Source of the DNA: Camelus ferus
Taxonomy: Eukaryota
Length of the DNA: 64,000 nucleotides
Direction: 5' to 3'
Assembly: GCF_009834535.1 (NCBI RefSeq)
Contig: NC_045696.1
Location: 91,762,001-91,826,000 of the forward strand
Positions 12,240 to 23,895 of this stretch are shown one piece after another; positions within the stretch are counted from its first letter, which is position 1, and each line of letters begins with the position of its first letter. Below the pieces are notes generated by a model. That model had not been told where the DNA came from and searched no databases. It saw nothing but the letters and a program-made list of their open reading frames with translations. The position numbers and the translations under genes were made by a program.

Positions 12240-12900
12240 AAAACCAAAATTCTGATAGAAAACTGGTAGAAAACTCACGGTTGTTCTAGCTTGAAGAACT
12301 ACAGGACAGTGTTTATGGACAATCACTACTGCTGGAAAGTGAAGAGTGAACCCTGAACAGGAGCAAGCCAGAGAGAAGGAGTCCCAAATACTGCATATAA
12401 ACTCTGTCCACATGTCTGGCTGAGCCCTGAACTACATGTGTCCCAGGCAGACTCCAAGCAGCCCAGTTAAGAATAAAAGAACTGAACTGAGATTTGCCCT
12501 AGAGACAGTTTGCAGTTTGAGGCTGACCAAATTTATTACCTGCTTACTATTAAAGTAACACCACTCCTACCACCAACTATAGTATTTGGAGAAATAGAAT
12601 CCAGAATTTCCATAACATAACATTCACAATGTCCAGAATATGATAAAAATTATTCCACATGGAAGACACAGAAAAGCATGGCTTATTCTCAAGAGAAAAG
12701 ACAATTAATAGGGACTGACTCTGAGATGCCCCAGATTGAAATTAGCAGACAAGGATTTTTGAAGGCACAATTATAACTTTGCTCAAAAACATACAGGAAA
12801 ATCTACTCTAATTAGTGAAAGGATAATGAATCTCAGCAGAGAAATAGAATCCGTTAAAAAGAACAAAATGGAAATTCTAAAACTGAAATAAACATTCATT
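12240..12900 (+). mobile_element. Ancient L1 (L1ME/L1M-type) 5'UTR to ORF1-start fragment
   Basis: cattcacaatgtccagaata...ctcaagagaaaagacaat...gaaattagcagacaaggatttt...aatctcagcagagaaatagaa...gaacaaaatggaaattctaaaactgaaa. Confidence 0.7.
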
Positions 12901-13574
12901 TTGATCTTATATGATTGAGTCATAACAATATTCAAAAAGGTAAGATATCAAAAAAGATTAATATTCCAGTTTAAGTTTGTATAGACTGCTCATTAATAGT
13001 TCATTATCTGAATGTACCTTAAAATAGCTTTATAAGCTATTTTAATAACAAGTTTATAAATGTACGAAGATATGTTAGATTATTAATAGGGTTGCCCTAC
13101 CTGCAGAATGACTTTAATTCCTAATAAACAATAATTTATTTATATCATGAACATGCACAACATTCATTTACTTTTAAACCTTTTATTGTGAAATATAAAA
13201 CTGTAAGCTACAAAAAATTGCATAAACAATTATATAATGAATTATTTTAAGGAGAAAACCCTTGTATCTACCAGCTAGCCTAGGAGCTTCATGCCCCTGG
13301 TCCTAGTCATAGCCCTCCCTAAAATGACAATTCCCATGAATTTTATGGTAATCACTTTGATTTTCTTTGGAGTTTTATTGCCCAAGTTTTATCTTTTAAC
13401 ACTGTATTTTAGTTTTACTCTTTCTTTTGTAAAAAATGTTTTCCTTTATTATCCACTTTTTGTAAAATAGCTTCATTTAGGTATTGTACTGACATACAAT
13501 AAATTACATACAGTTTGACAAATTTGACATGTATATAAGCCCATGAAACCATTACCAGAATCAAGTCACACATG

Positions 13575-14840
13575 AATTAATACTTAGGGCCTAGATATTG
13601 GTCTTTAATACTATTCCCATTCAGAGGAACCAGGACTGCTCAGAGAAATAGCTGATTCCAAGGTTGGGGCTGAGTAGGCATATCTGAAACAGCTCGTTAT
13701 ACCAGAAAGTGCTTATAAAAGACAATGGGATCTTGGTCCAGTGTCACAAGAGCCAGCCTGAAGGGGCCCCCACTGGCTAACCTTAGGACAGTCTGTGTAC
13801 CTAAATAATAAGTACAGTGATAAATTGTAAACTATCGAAAATAGGGGTTCATGAGTCCATACCAATAATAAATAAATCAATAACAGAAGAAGGGAAGCCC
13901 TTACTTAAAGTAGAATGCTGAGGGCTCACTGATACATGGGGAGGGAGTTGGAAAAATCATTATCTAGTGATGACTGTGATAAAGACTGGATAAGCCAAAA
14001 ATCATTAATGGATGTTACATCTAGGGGTAAATATTGATGAAAAGTAGAGCATTTGCATGTATTTAAAATGTCTCTTATAGACTGTTTACTAGTTGAAAGG
14101 GAGCAAAAACCCTCATAATAATACAGTGGAAAAATTAAGCAATACCTTGACCAAGTGACTAAAATTAACATCACCAATGGGGCAAATGGTCGTGTGCCTC
14201 CAGGTGTGATGCTCTGAGACGTGCACGTCCTCACCTATGTGGTTGTCCGGCTGAGAGCACATATCCTTAATCCAATCAAGAGGAAACATCAGAAAAATAC
14301 AAAATAAAAATTGGTTTTAATTTTAAAAAAGTATGCAGGATTCTGCATTCTTCAAAAATGTCTATGTCTTAAAAAGACAAAGACAGACTAGAAATATTTC
14401 AGGTTTAAGGAGGCTAAAGAGACATACCAAGAAGGCTGACACTACCTGGACTGTGTGCTAGAGAAGAAAGTGCTATAAAGGCCCATTGACAAAGTCAGAA
14501 TACGAATGGCAGATTAAAGTCAATGACATTGATTACTCCGCTGGTTATGCAAAGTATCACTGTCCTGAGGAAAGACAGGCTGAAGTATTTAGAAGTAAAA
14601 GATCATGTTGTATGTAACTTATCCTCAAATGGTGCAGGAAAAAAATTGTGTGTGGGTTTTGGGGGAAGAGAGAAAAAAAGGGATGGAGGGACAGCGGTTG
14701 GGGTGAAGAGAAAACAAATGGGTTAAATGTTAATAATAGGTGAGTGTGGGTAGAGACTACAAGGGTGCTCTTTGTGCTATCATGATGTTTACAACTTTTT
14801 GTAAGTTTGAAATTATTTCCAAATAAAATATTAGAAAAGA
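13575..14840 (+). mobile_element. L1MC4-like 3' end
   Basis: cctagatattggtctttaatactattccc...gaggaaccaggactgctcagagaaatagctgattccaagg...ends acaactttttgtaagtttgaaattatttccaaataaaa. Confidence 0.8.
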
Positions 14841-15159
14841 AAGAATAAGGAAAAGAGTAACATGCCGTTAGAAAAGTGGGCAAAGGTTGTGCTCAGGTGA
14901 GTCACAAAGGAAAGAGCCAAATATGCAGGGGTACAATTTTTCATTAATTAAAGGAACAATTTTTTTTTAGTTATAATACCCAGTATAAGTTAGAAAGCGG
15001 AGAAATGGGTATTTACAAACGCTGCTAAGATTATAAATCAGTATAATCTTATTGGAGGGTAATGAGTCATTACCCTTTAAAAACCTTAAAAATACGCGTT
15101 TCATTCTAGCAAAAATTATCCTAAGGAAATAACTGTGTGAGAATAGAAGGATTTATCTA

Positions 15160-15275
15160 CTCATGTATGACTGAAAAAATTGTGCTTTATACTGGAAATT
15201 GACACAACATTGTAAACTGACTATAAATCAATAAAATAAAACTAAAATAAATACATAAATAAATGGGAAAAAAAG
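15160..15275 (+). mobile_element. Short 5'-truncated young camelid L1 3' end inserted in an old L1ME remnant
   Basis: tcatgtatgactgaaaaaattgtgct...gacacaacattgtaaactgactataaatcaataaa plus A-rich tail; 15-bp TSD agaaggatttatcta (15145-15159) / agaaagatttatcta (15276-15290). Confidence 0.9.
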
Positions 15276-16149
15276 AGAAAGATTTATCTATATGAATTTT
15301 CAGAGTACCTTACTTATAAAAGAGAAAAATTTGGACATTTTAAAATACAAGGGGTTAGTCAATATGTTATGGTTCATCCACAGATTTGACTACTACATAG
15401 TCATTTAATAACTATAAATATATCATGTAATGGCATGGGAAAATATCCAGGATATGTTACTAAGTGAAAATGTTTAAAATATGCATTACTCAGAAAAAGG
15501 GAGTATAAGGATATGCTGAAATATAAATATAATGTTCTGTTTTGTGTATTCTTGTAGTTCCCAAGTTTTATACATTTGCATTGAAATCAAACAAAAATGT
15601 TCCTTTTAGAAATGCTTTGAGATTCAGCAGCCCCAACCACAACTTTCACTCTATGTTCAGACTCTAACACACTTTTCCAAATCTAGAGGCAGGGACAGGA
15701 GAATTCCTTTAAGTGGCTATTTGACCATGTGGACAAGTAATTTTGGCTGCAATTAAAGAAAAAAAAGAAAAAGCCCTAGAGTCTACCATCCCGAGAGCTC
15801 CCCTCACCATGGTCAGCTCACACCCCCATGCCTGTTAAGCCACCTTTTCTATGATCTGCCCTTCACTGCCCAATTGTGATCTTCACTTTCATTAGGATGG
15901 GGTGAATTGGAAGGAACAGAAAGAATGCCTACATCTCTTTAAACACTGCATTCCTTCTTTTACTCTCAGCAAACAGTGTTAATCCTTTCTCTTGAACTGC
16001 TTTGAATAAGCCTTCAGAAAGGCCCCTGCTGCTTCTGCCAATCAAAGCAAAGGAAATAAGATAAAGTAATTGGATATTTTCCTCTAATTTGAAAGGCAAG
16101 GGTTGTACCGTTCCATTCCTTTGTATGAAATAGCCATTCTCAAACTGCC

Positions 16150-17500
16150 TTCTTTGCTGTCCAAAAGGCATCCCAAATCTAACAGATCAAAAGCGTTGTT
16201 TTTTATTTCCCTCATATCTGTTTCTTTTACAGAATTTCCACTTCAGTAAATGGCACCAACACATAATGATACTAATAGGTAACACCTTGTACATCTCACA
16301 CTGCCCTCAAAACAGCCCTTATTCAGCCTTTGTTACAGTTGAGGAAACTGAGAACAGAGAGATAAGTAACACGCTAAGTAGTACTGCTAAGATTTGAACC
16401 CTGGCCGTCTGGATCTGGCTTCTAGCTGTTAGTCACCATACACTACTGCCTCTCAACCATCTACATTGGTGTGGAAAAGTCCCAAACCCCATCCTTTATT
16501 ATTTTCTTTCTTTTCCAGTCTTCCTCCTCTCCAGCCACATCCACTCCATCAGTAAATCCTGTCAGATTGACCCCCAGCATATATTCCTTTCCATCTCCAC
16601 ACTGTAGCCTTACACTAAATCAGTCAGTTTTCACTTGGATGAATGCAATCTCCCACTGAGCCTCCCTGATCACTCTCTACTCCCATTTCATTGCATTCTC
16701 CATGTAGTAGCCATACTGACCTTTTTAAACAAACCAGATCAGTTCACTCTCCTGCCCAAAACTCTGACGTCACTAGGGCTGTATTCCTCCTGGCAGCTCC
16801 ACAGAAGCTGTTTCCTTGCCTTTTCCAGCTTCTAGAGACCACCTGCATTCCTTGGATTGTGGTCCCTTCCTCCATCTTCAAATCACAACACTTCAACCCC
16901 CGTTTCCCTCCTCACACCTACTTTTGTGACTCTGACCCTCATGCTTTCACCTTACAAGAACCTTTGCAATTTTACTGGGCCTGCCTGAATAATCCAGGAT
17001 AATCTCCCCATCTCTAAATCCTTAATTTAATCACATGTGCAAAGTCCCTTTTGCCAAATGGGGCAATGCACACACAGATTTCAGGGATCAGGACATAAAA
17101 ATCTTTGGGAGTCATTATTCTGTCTACCACAACTGGCCTTCATGTTTCTCTAACCTGTAAAACTCACTCTCAAGAATTTAGGGCCTATCCTTGATCCCTC
17201 TGCTTCCAGATGTTAGCTTATTAACACTGTTAGCGCCTTTCTGTTACTTGGATCTTAACTCTAAGGCCATTTGCTCAGGGATGCCACTCAATCAAAAATA
17301 TACCACTCCTGCCTATCATTCACATTCTTTTATGCCTGTTTTATATTTTTGCAGCACTTAATATTACCTGAAATTACCTAAACAGCTCTACTGTAGCGGT
17401 CAATCTTGCTACTGCAATATCTAGTGCCTGTACACAACAGTCATGGCACATAGATTGCCTCTCAATGAGTATTTTGTATTGAATGAGTGAATGAAGGAAA
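16150..17500 (+). mobile_element. L2 remnant interrupted by a MIR (about 16265-16450) and an MLT1 LTR
   Basis: cttcagtaaatggcacc; cacatccactccatcagtaaatcctgtc; cattctccatgtagtagcca; ends ggcacatagattgcctctcaatgagtattttgtattgaatgagtgaatgaa. Confidence 0.7.
16765..17131 (-). mobile_element. MaLR LTR (MLT1C/D-like), partial
   Basis: tttccttgccttttccagcttctagagaccacctgcattccttgg...ataatccaggataatctccccatctc...aaagtcccttttgcca...cattattctgtctaccaca. Confidence 0.85.
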
Positions 17501-18643
17501 CTTAGCCTGTTAAATCTAGGATCACATAAAAAGTGGATCTGTACTCTGACACTGGATTGCCACTAGGCCACCTACTTGCTAGGCAAAAAATTCTCATGAA
17601 TGACCAGAGAGGAAAGAGGAAAATCAGAACATTGTATCTCAGAAGGCAATAATAATGTTCCAAGGACATCTCAACTGTGTAAAATGCTCCTGAAAGGTCA
17701 AGTAAGAGCTTTATAAATTAGAAGTTTATGATGGTCATAGCTGATTATTGCTTACAATTATTAGTTAAATGAGGAAGAGGTGGCTGCTAATAAAACTAAA
17801 GTGTAAGTAGGTTACAAAGGTCCCCAAATTAGAAAGTATATTTTATATAGCCACTTCAGATGTATTCACTAGTAACTGATAAATTATAAATTACTTTAAG
17901 TGAATTTTGTTCTTGTCATTACATATGTGAAAATGAATACACTCACACTGTAAGCTAGTTAAGCAATATATAGGTATACAGAGTGAAATAAGAGTCTCCA
18001 CACCCACCCCCCCGACTCTCATGTCCAGAGGAAACTGGTGTAATCCTACCAATCATTTATTCAATGAATTTGAATCTATATATACCTGTGTATACATTCA
18101 GATACATTTTTGACATGAATGGAATCATTTTTCTAATCATATTTTTAGTCTCTCAAATTCCTAATAGTTTTTTTGTAACAGCCTGTTCTTTAAGGTTACA
18201 ATCCTAGACATACTTTGAAGGATATCTTAACTTTCAAAATTTATCTTGATATCTTCTGTTTGCTATTTTTAATTTTCTTGGGTGTTTTCCTGTGTGAGTT
18301 CCAAGCCACCTGAAGTAAGTAAGGTTGGGGGAAGGTTTTTCTCACATACCTGGCAATCTTTGGTTGGGTGTTTCATCCTCAGCCTAAGATTCTCTGTTAA
18401 CATGTCTGCTTTTCCATTTATTGCTGCCCTAGATTGTTTCTGAAGGTTGTGATGAAGGGGCAGGGTATGGTGGGGACACTGGAGGTTTGCTGGGATGTAG
18501 GGACCCTGGCCTCTCCTGGGGTTCAGTAGCTGCCAGGCTCCCTAGCTCCAGTCCCCACATGCACTGCTTTATTCTGCAGATGCCTTGCGAATGCTGCTTT
18601 AGAAAAGACCTGTTGATTGGTGGGGCAGGGGGTGGTGAGGGGC

Positions 18644-18899
18644 CAGTGGCTTAAATGTTGCAAATATGATTCCTCACAGTGGACTGCACTGGACCACTTG
18701 AATCAGAATCATGTGAGGAGTGCATTAAAAATGCAGATTACTCGGACCCACCTCAACCCAAATGTAAAATCACAATATCTGTGGGAATGGAGCCCAGAAA
18801 CTGATCCTGGGATTGGGTCTATGGGGGAGGTCATAGCATAATATAAGTTTCAATGAGCTCCTCAAGATTCCTCTGCAGATTGGAGTTTGAGAACCACTG
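18644..18899 (+). mobile_element. MER5A-like hAT-Charlie DNA transposon (MITE)
   Basis: Terminal cagtgg...tttgagaaccactg; internal aaaatgcagattactcggacccacctc and ggaatggagcccagaaactg. Confidence 0.75.
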
Positions 18900-19092
18900 T
18901 TTTGAAGGTTTGCCAGATCCCACTCCCTTCTCTTTGTTAACGATTCCAAGAGAGGTCCTGCCTGTCACATGCCCACCGCATAATTGTAATTGGTTTATTC
19001 CTTTGTAGAGTTGACTCTATGTATTCTCTTTCAGGAATTTCTAAAAGTTTTTTACCTTCTATAGCAATCTCTCTTGTTAGTCTTATTTACTA

Positions 19093-19188
19093 TGTGTGTG
19101 TGTGCGTGTGTGTGTGTGTGTGTGTGTATATGTTATAAAAGTATATTTCCTAACCTACACACACACACACACACACACGCACACACAC
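19093..19188. repeat. Inverted (TG)n / (CA)n microsatellite pair forming a perfect 33-bp stem
   Basis: 19096-19128 is the exact reverse complement of 19156-19188, including one CG interruption; 27-nt spacer. Confidence 0.95.
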
Positions 19189-19324
19189 TTAAAAGTAATA
19201 AAGCTGCATTTCACAGCATCCATATTTTTCATTACTTACAGCATCCATATTATGACACAAATACAATTTGTAGAAAATGTCATCACTTTTCAGGGCATCA
19301 TTTACATGCTACCTCTTTAGCAAA

Positions 19325-19785
19325 TATGACTGGTTACCTTCTAGATATGCACTATAGCTTTCTTCCTAGCCCTCATTATCGTCTTTATCAGAATAAATCC
19401 TGCTTGGCGTGAGCTAAATGTGGTAGTCCTGTCCCCCTGGCCAGTAATTCATTTAGGAGAGGTGTGTAAAGGTTCTAGCCAAAGAGATGTAAGGAGGGGG
19501 CTGTTTCGTGGCTTCTGGGAAATTTTATCTCACTTCTAAAGAGACACCAGAAAAACAGGCACTTCCTGCCTCTGGGATGGTTACATGCAGATGTAGTACC
19601 TGGAACTGCAGCCACCTCATGATCACAAGGGACTTAGCCTTGGGGTGAAGCCAGTGCTGAGGGCAGCAGAATGGAGACAGAAAGAACATCAAGATCCTTG
19701 GTAACGTTATTGACTTGCTGGATTGACTAAACCTGAAATCACTGAACTTCTGTTACTTATACCTTAAAGCATCCTAACTGATAAA
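19325..19785 (+). mobile_element. MaLR LTR (MLT1J/K-like)
   Basis: ggccagtaattcatttagga...ttctagccaaagagatgtaagg...gcttctgggaaa...cctggaactgcagccacc...ttctgttact...aaagcatcctaactgata. Confidence 0.75.
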
Positions 19786-21868
19786 ATGTCTACTCTCAAA
19801 TACATAGCAAATTTCTTATAAATCTTGGAAAATATTTTCTTACAAATATTGGGAAAAAAAGAAACTCAAGTTCATCCATTTAAAAATTGCCTCTTCCCCT
19901 TAAGTAAAAACCCACAAAATTTATATCTAGACATTTAAAAATCTTTAAACAAAACAATTATCTTAAGTTGGATAGGCAAAACTCATTTCTACCCCCAGCT
20001 CCAACAAGGATGAGGATTAAAAATTTAAAGAAACTTGGTTTCATAGCACCTTCCAATTTCTGGAAGTAAAAAAAGGTTTGGGTATGTATAATAAATCTCC
20101 AATTTACTAAGAAATTGTATGTCAAAAATTTTTTCAGTGAGTTATTTTGACTTCAAAATGGCCCACTTAAGAATTTGGTTTTAACCTATAATAAAATAGT
20201 AGGTGTATACTACTGGGGACCTCCTGAGCTCTGAATACCCTGAATAATCCCACTCGGGCTCTGACCATAAATGCCTACCCTACTTAACTTCATGTTAGCA
20301 GCGAAGGAAGGTAGACGGAGTAGAGATGGAAGAGATAGGTACAGGTAGCACAGAGAAAGGCCTCAAGCAGTGGGGACCATTTAAGTGGCTCTTTCTTTCA
20401 TAACTCAAATTTTGTAAAAGTGGATACTCTGTCCATTTTCTAATTTTAAGAAGTTCTCATACAGGTAGGAAGTACCAATTTTATAAACTGAAACAACAGC
20501 ATCAGCATTTCTGCAACTGTAGAGTGATTTTCCCCAGGTAATTCATTTGATAGACTTCAGTGAGGTGGTATATTTCTCCCTCGAACTCCAGTCTACTCTG
20601 ACTCTTACCATTTCTCAGCACTCATAAATTATGTTAAAAATATAATCAACAAAAAATACCACAAAGCATGTGTTAATATGAAATGAGCAGGCTCCTGGTA
20701 CATGAGAATTCTGTGCAAACTTATTCAGTAATACTCAATTTACATCACACCCAATGAGCTTTACTCCTTTTCCTCAGTATGTTTATTTCTGTGGTTAGCA
20801 TCTCTCCTAATATGCCAGGACTCCACTCTATATGCTGAGTCTTAGTATGTCTACAAACTCCCTTTTAGCTTAGCTGGGTACCAGCCCTACCTCCCTATGC
20901 TTGGGCTGTGTCCTCTTCACTTCTTGAGCTCCATGAAGCCAAAGTCACACAGTAACTGTACCCTGCCCAGGCGGCCCTCCACATGAGATATCCATGTGGC
21001 CAAAGACCTCCCTGATGTAACTAGAGGATGGGGCCTAATGCTTTTTTTCTGGCAATCCCCATCTTGCTTTTCTTTTTCATGTTTCTTCTCATCAAGAAAG
21101 TTGCTTGCTGGGCCTGTGAGTCATCCTAGGACCCCTTGTCCACTCATTCCTTCAACCCCAACCATCATACACAGTTGAACTATTATTTACTGTACTATTG
21201 ACCACAGTGTTATAAAGCATTAACATTTGGTTTTTCTTGGCTTTCAAAAATAAATTATTTTGCTACAAATCAAAGTATACATTAATTTGACAGAATATTT
21301 TTGGAATTTGTTCTTTCTTGTGTAGTTAAAAATTTTGATGAACATATTGTTCTTAGGAGTAGTCCATGGTCAACTCAACATTTGGTTGCTAAGCATTCTA
21401 AATATTTATATTTCTTATGTGGTTCATCCTTCTAAAATATAGGAACTGAAAATCAAAGCTACCGGATTATATACCACAAAGGAAAAGAATTTACTTACTT
21501 TTCAAAGATTACACAAATTCTATTTTAGTGTTATAAGTACAGATGTACTATATTTATACTACAATTTTTGAAATTTCTGAAATAAAATCATTCTTAAAAG
21601 AAATAGTGTTCTGGATATTTTACAAGGGCATTTTCTTATCATTTGTTTTCCAATATTTTCTTTCTCACGTATATGAAGAATAAATACTCTAGCATTTCAA
21701 AGATACTCAACTGTCCTTTTTAACCTAAAATTGACAATTTTAAGAAATAACTTCAATATTATTTCTTCTGGACAGATAATAAAGAGCTGATAAGAGAACA
21801 AGTTCAGAGAATATGAAGTTACTATATTTCAACAACCAGGGAAAATTCTGGTCTCTGAATAGGTTAAG

Positions 21869-21912
21869 TTTCTTACTGAGATAAAGAAACATTTCTTACT
21901 GAGATAAAGAAA
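21869..21912. repeat. Tandem duplication, 23-bp period, quasi-palindromic unit
   Basis: tttcttactgagataaagaaa-ca-tttcttactgagataaagaaa. Confidence 0.9.
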
Positions 21913-22067
21913 AATTTTAAAAATTTCACATATTTAAAAATTTTTACAGGTCCTTCAATATACAATCTAGGCCAGAAAAATAGCTGAGAAAAACAGCAGT
22001 AGAGTCACAGAGAACACGTCGGGGTCTTTCTAAACTCTTACGGGTTGTTTAATATTCACCATCTTAC

Positions 22068-22149
22068 ATGAGCTTTTCTTTATAGTTGTCCATCTCAGTC
22101 ACTGCCTTCTGAAGTTTTAGCCCAAGTGCTTCTACTTGACACTGTAAAT
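22068..22149 (-). CDS. LEKR1: LEKR1 internal coding exon (82 nt, phase 1-2): (D)LQCQVEALGLKLQKAVTEMDNYKEKL(M)
   Basis: Acceptor tatgtcattccAG, donor AT|GTAAGA; too short for the ORF track; matches recalled human DLQCLVEALGLKLQKAVTEMDNYKEMLM; bridges the phases of the flanking exons. Confidence 0.95.
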
Positions 22150-23659
22150 CTGGAATGACATAATGTATTCATCTGATTAGTACATTTTAGGTGTCCAGAT
22201 ATTTTCATAGAGTAAACAGAATTCTTTTAGAGCTGCCACTCAGCTCCTGAAGAATAATACAGCTGTTTATTCCACTTTGCTTGGATGACCATATGCAACT
22301 CATCCTTACTCTGAAACTCCACAGAATTAACGGGTTTTGACAGACTCAATTTATTGGCCTCTTTCTGCCCCCAACGTCATGCTAATTTTCAAACAGCTAA
22401 TGGGTTAAATTTTACTAATTTTTTTGAAGGAAATTTATGTTGCTGGCACACACATGGATTTTTTGATCACGTGGCTCACTTCTGAAACACTTGACTGCCT
22501 GAGCTGGTTCTTGTGGCCTGGAACTGAGAAGTACTGCTGAGGCTTCTGGATATAGAACTGAAATAGACAGACCATGTGCAAGGCTTCCGCTAAAGAATCT
22601 GCTAACTCTGGGTAGTACCTACCAGGCATTTTAATGACTTTCAAAGCCAAGAAAATATAAGCAGGAAATTGGCTTCCTAGAGTGTTGAACTGGGGAATTC
22701 AAGCAGTGTTTGAGGAAGACTATTCAAGTAGCCACGTCTAATGTGTGTGGAGGCAGAACTGAAACTAGAGCAAAAAGAACAAATTGCTTGAACGACCTGA
22801 GTCCTGTCACTAGTCTGTCTGTGTGGACTAGCATCCGAACCCCAGCCCCAGTAACAGCCCTGTTGGTACTCTTTTTGGGAATAAGGTGGAAAACAAACTG
22901 ACACAGGTGGACTAACTGATTTCTATGAAGAAAACAATTTAAAACACTGAAATTTAAAAAATTTCCATGCTACATCTGTTCAGCTGTTTTAATAACATTT
23001 TAATAGGAAACTTTAAAATCTTTATGCATCTGTATGAACATATAGACTTTCTATATGTATCTTCTATCTGTCCTCTTAACTTTGTTTTATGATGATGAGG
23101 CAGTTCCTTAAATCAGAAAATAAATTCCCTCTAAGCAAATGTTTTAACTAGACTTTACTAAATATTGGCATAAATATAGCACATCCACATATACTATTTA
23201 ATGTTGTCCCTCAAACTTCCATGTAAGTGTGAATAGCCCTGTTTTTCAGATGAGTAAAAATGAGATATTCTCTGATTCTCTTGCCTAATATCTTACAGTT
23301 AGTAAATGCATTAGTCGGCAGCCAAGCTGACAAGATTTTAAACTCGGGTGAGGGGATCAAACTGAGAAAATGACCCCTTAAATAAATACGTAATTCAATA
23401 TAGACTTACCTTATAGGTAATATATGTGCAGTATATCTTTTCCACTTATCAAATAGTGATATCATTATATGAGAGAAAAGACAAAATAACGTACACACGG
23501 AGAATTTAGTTTTGAGTGTAACCTTCTGACACAAGGCAGTCTCTAATGAATGTGTTGCTTTGTTATTAAGTACATGTGGGCTTGCAGGCAGTTCTAATCA
23601 CACAGGCACAGCTAAAACATTTCTTCCTATTCTCTGATGAATAAGGAGGGAAAGAAGTT

Positions 23660-23895
23660 GTTTGTTGATGGTGTACTATTCCAGAAACTGCAGAGTGCTT
23701 TCTCCTATATTGTTTAATTTATAGTCACAGCTATCATGAAAAACAGGTACATATTTTATTTTTACCAGATGACTCTAAGGATTAGAGTAATTACCTAACT
23801 TGTCAAAGATCACAGAGCTAGTTAAAAGTGATCTCGCGATTCAAACTCAAGCTGGCCTTACCCCAAAGTCTTCACCTTTCTAACTTTCTTACGCT
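23660..23895 (-). mobile_element. MIR SINE
   Basis: tttaccagatgactctaagg...taacttgtcaaagatcacagagctagttaa...gattcaaactcaagct. Confidence 0.7.
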
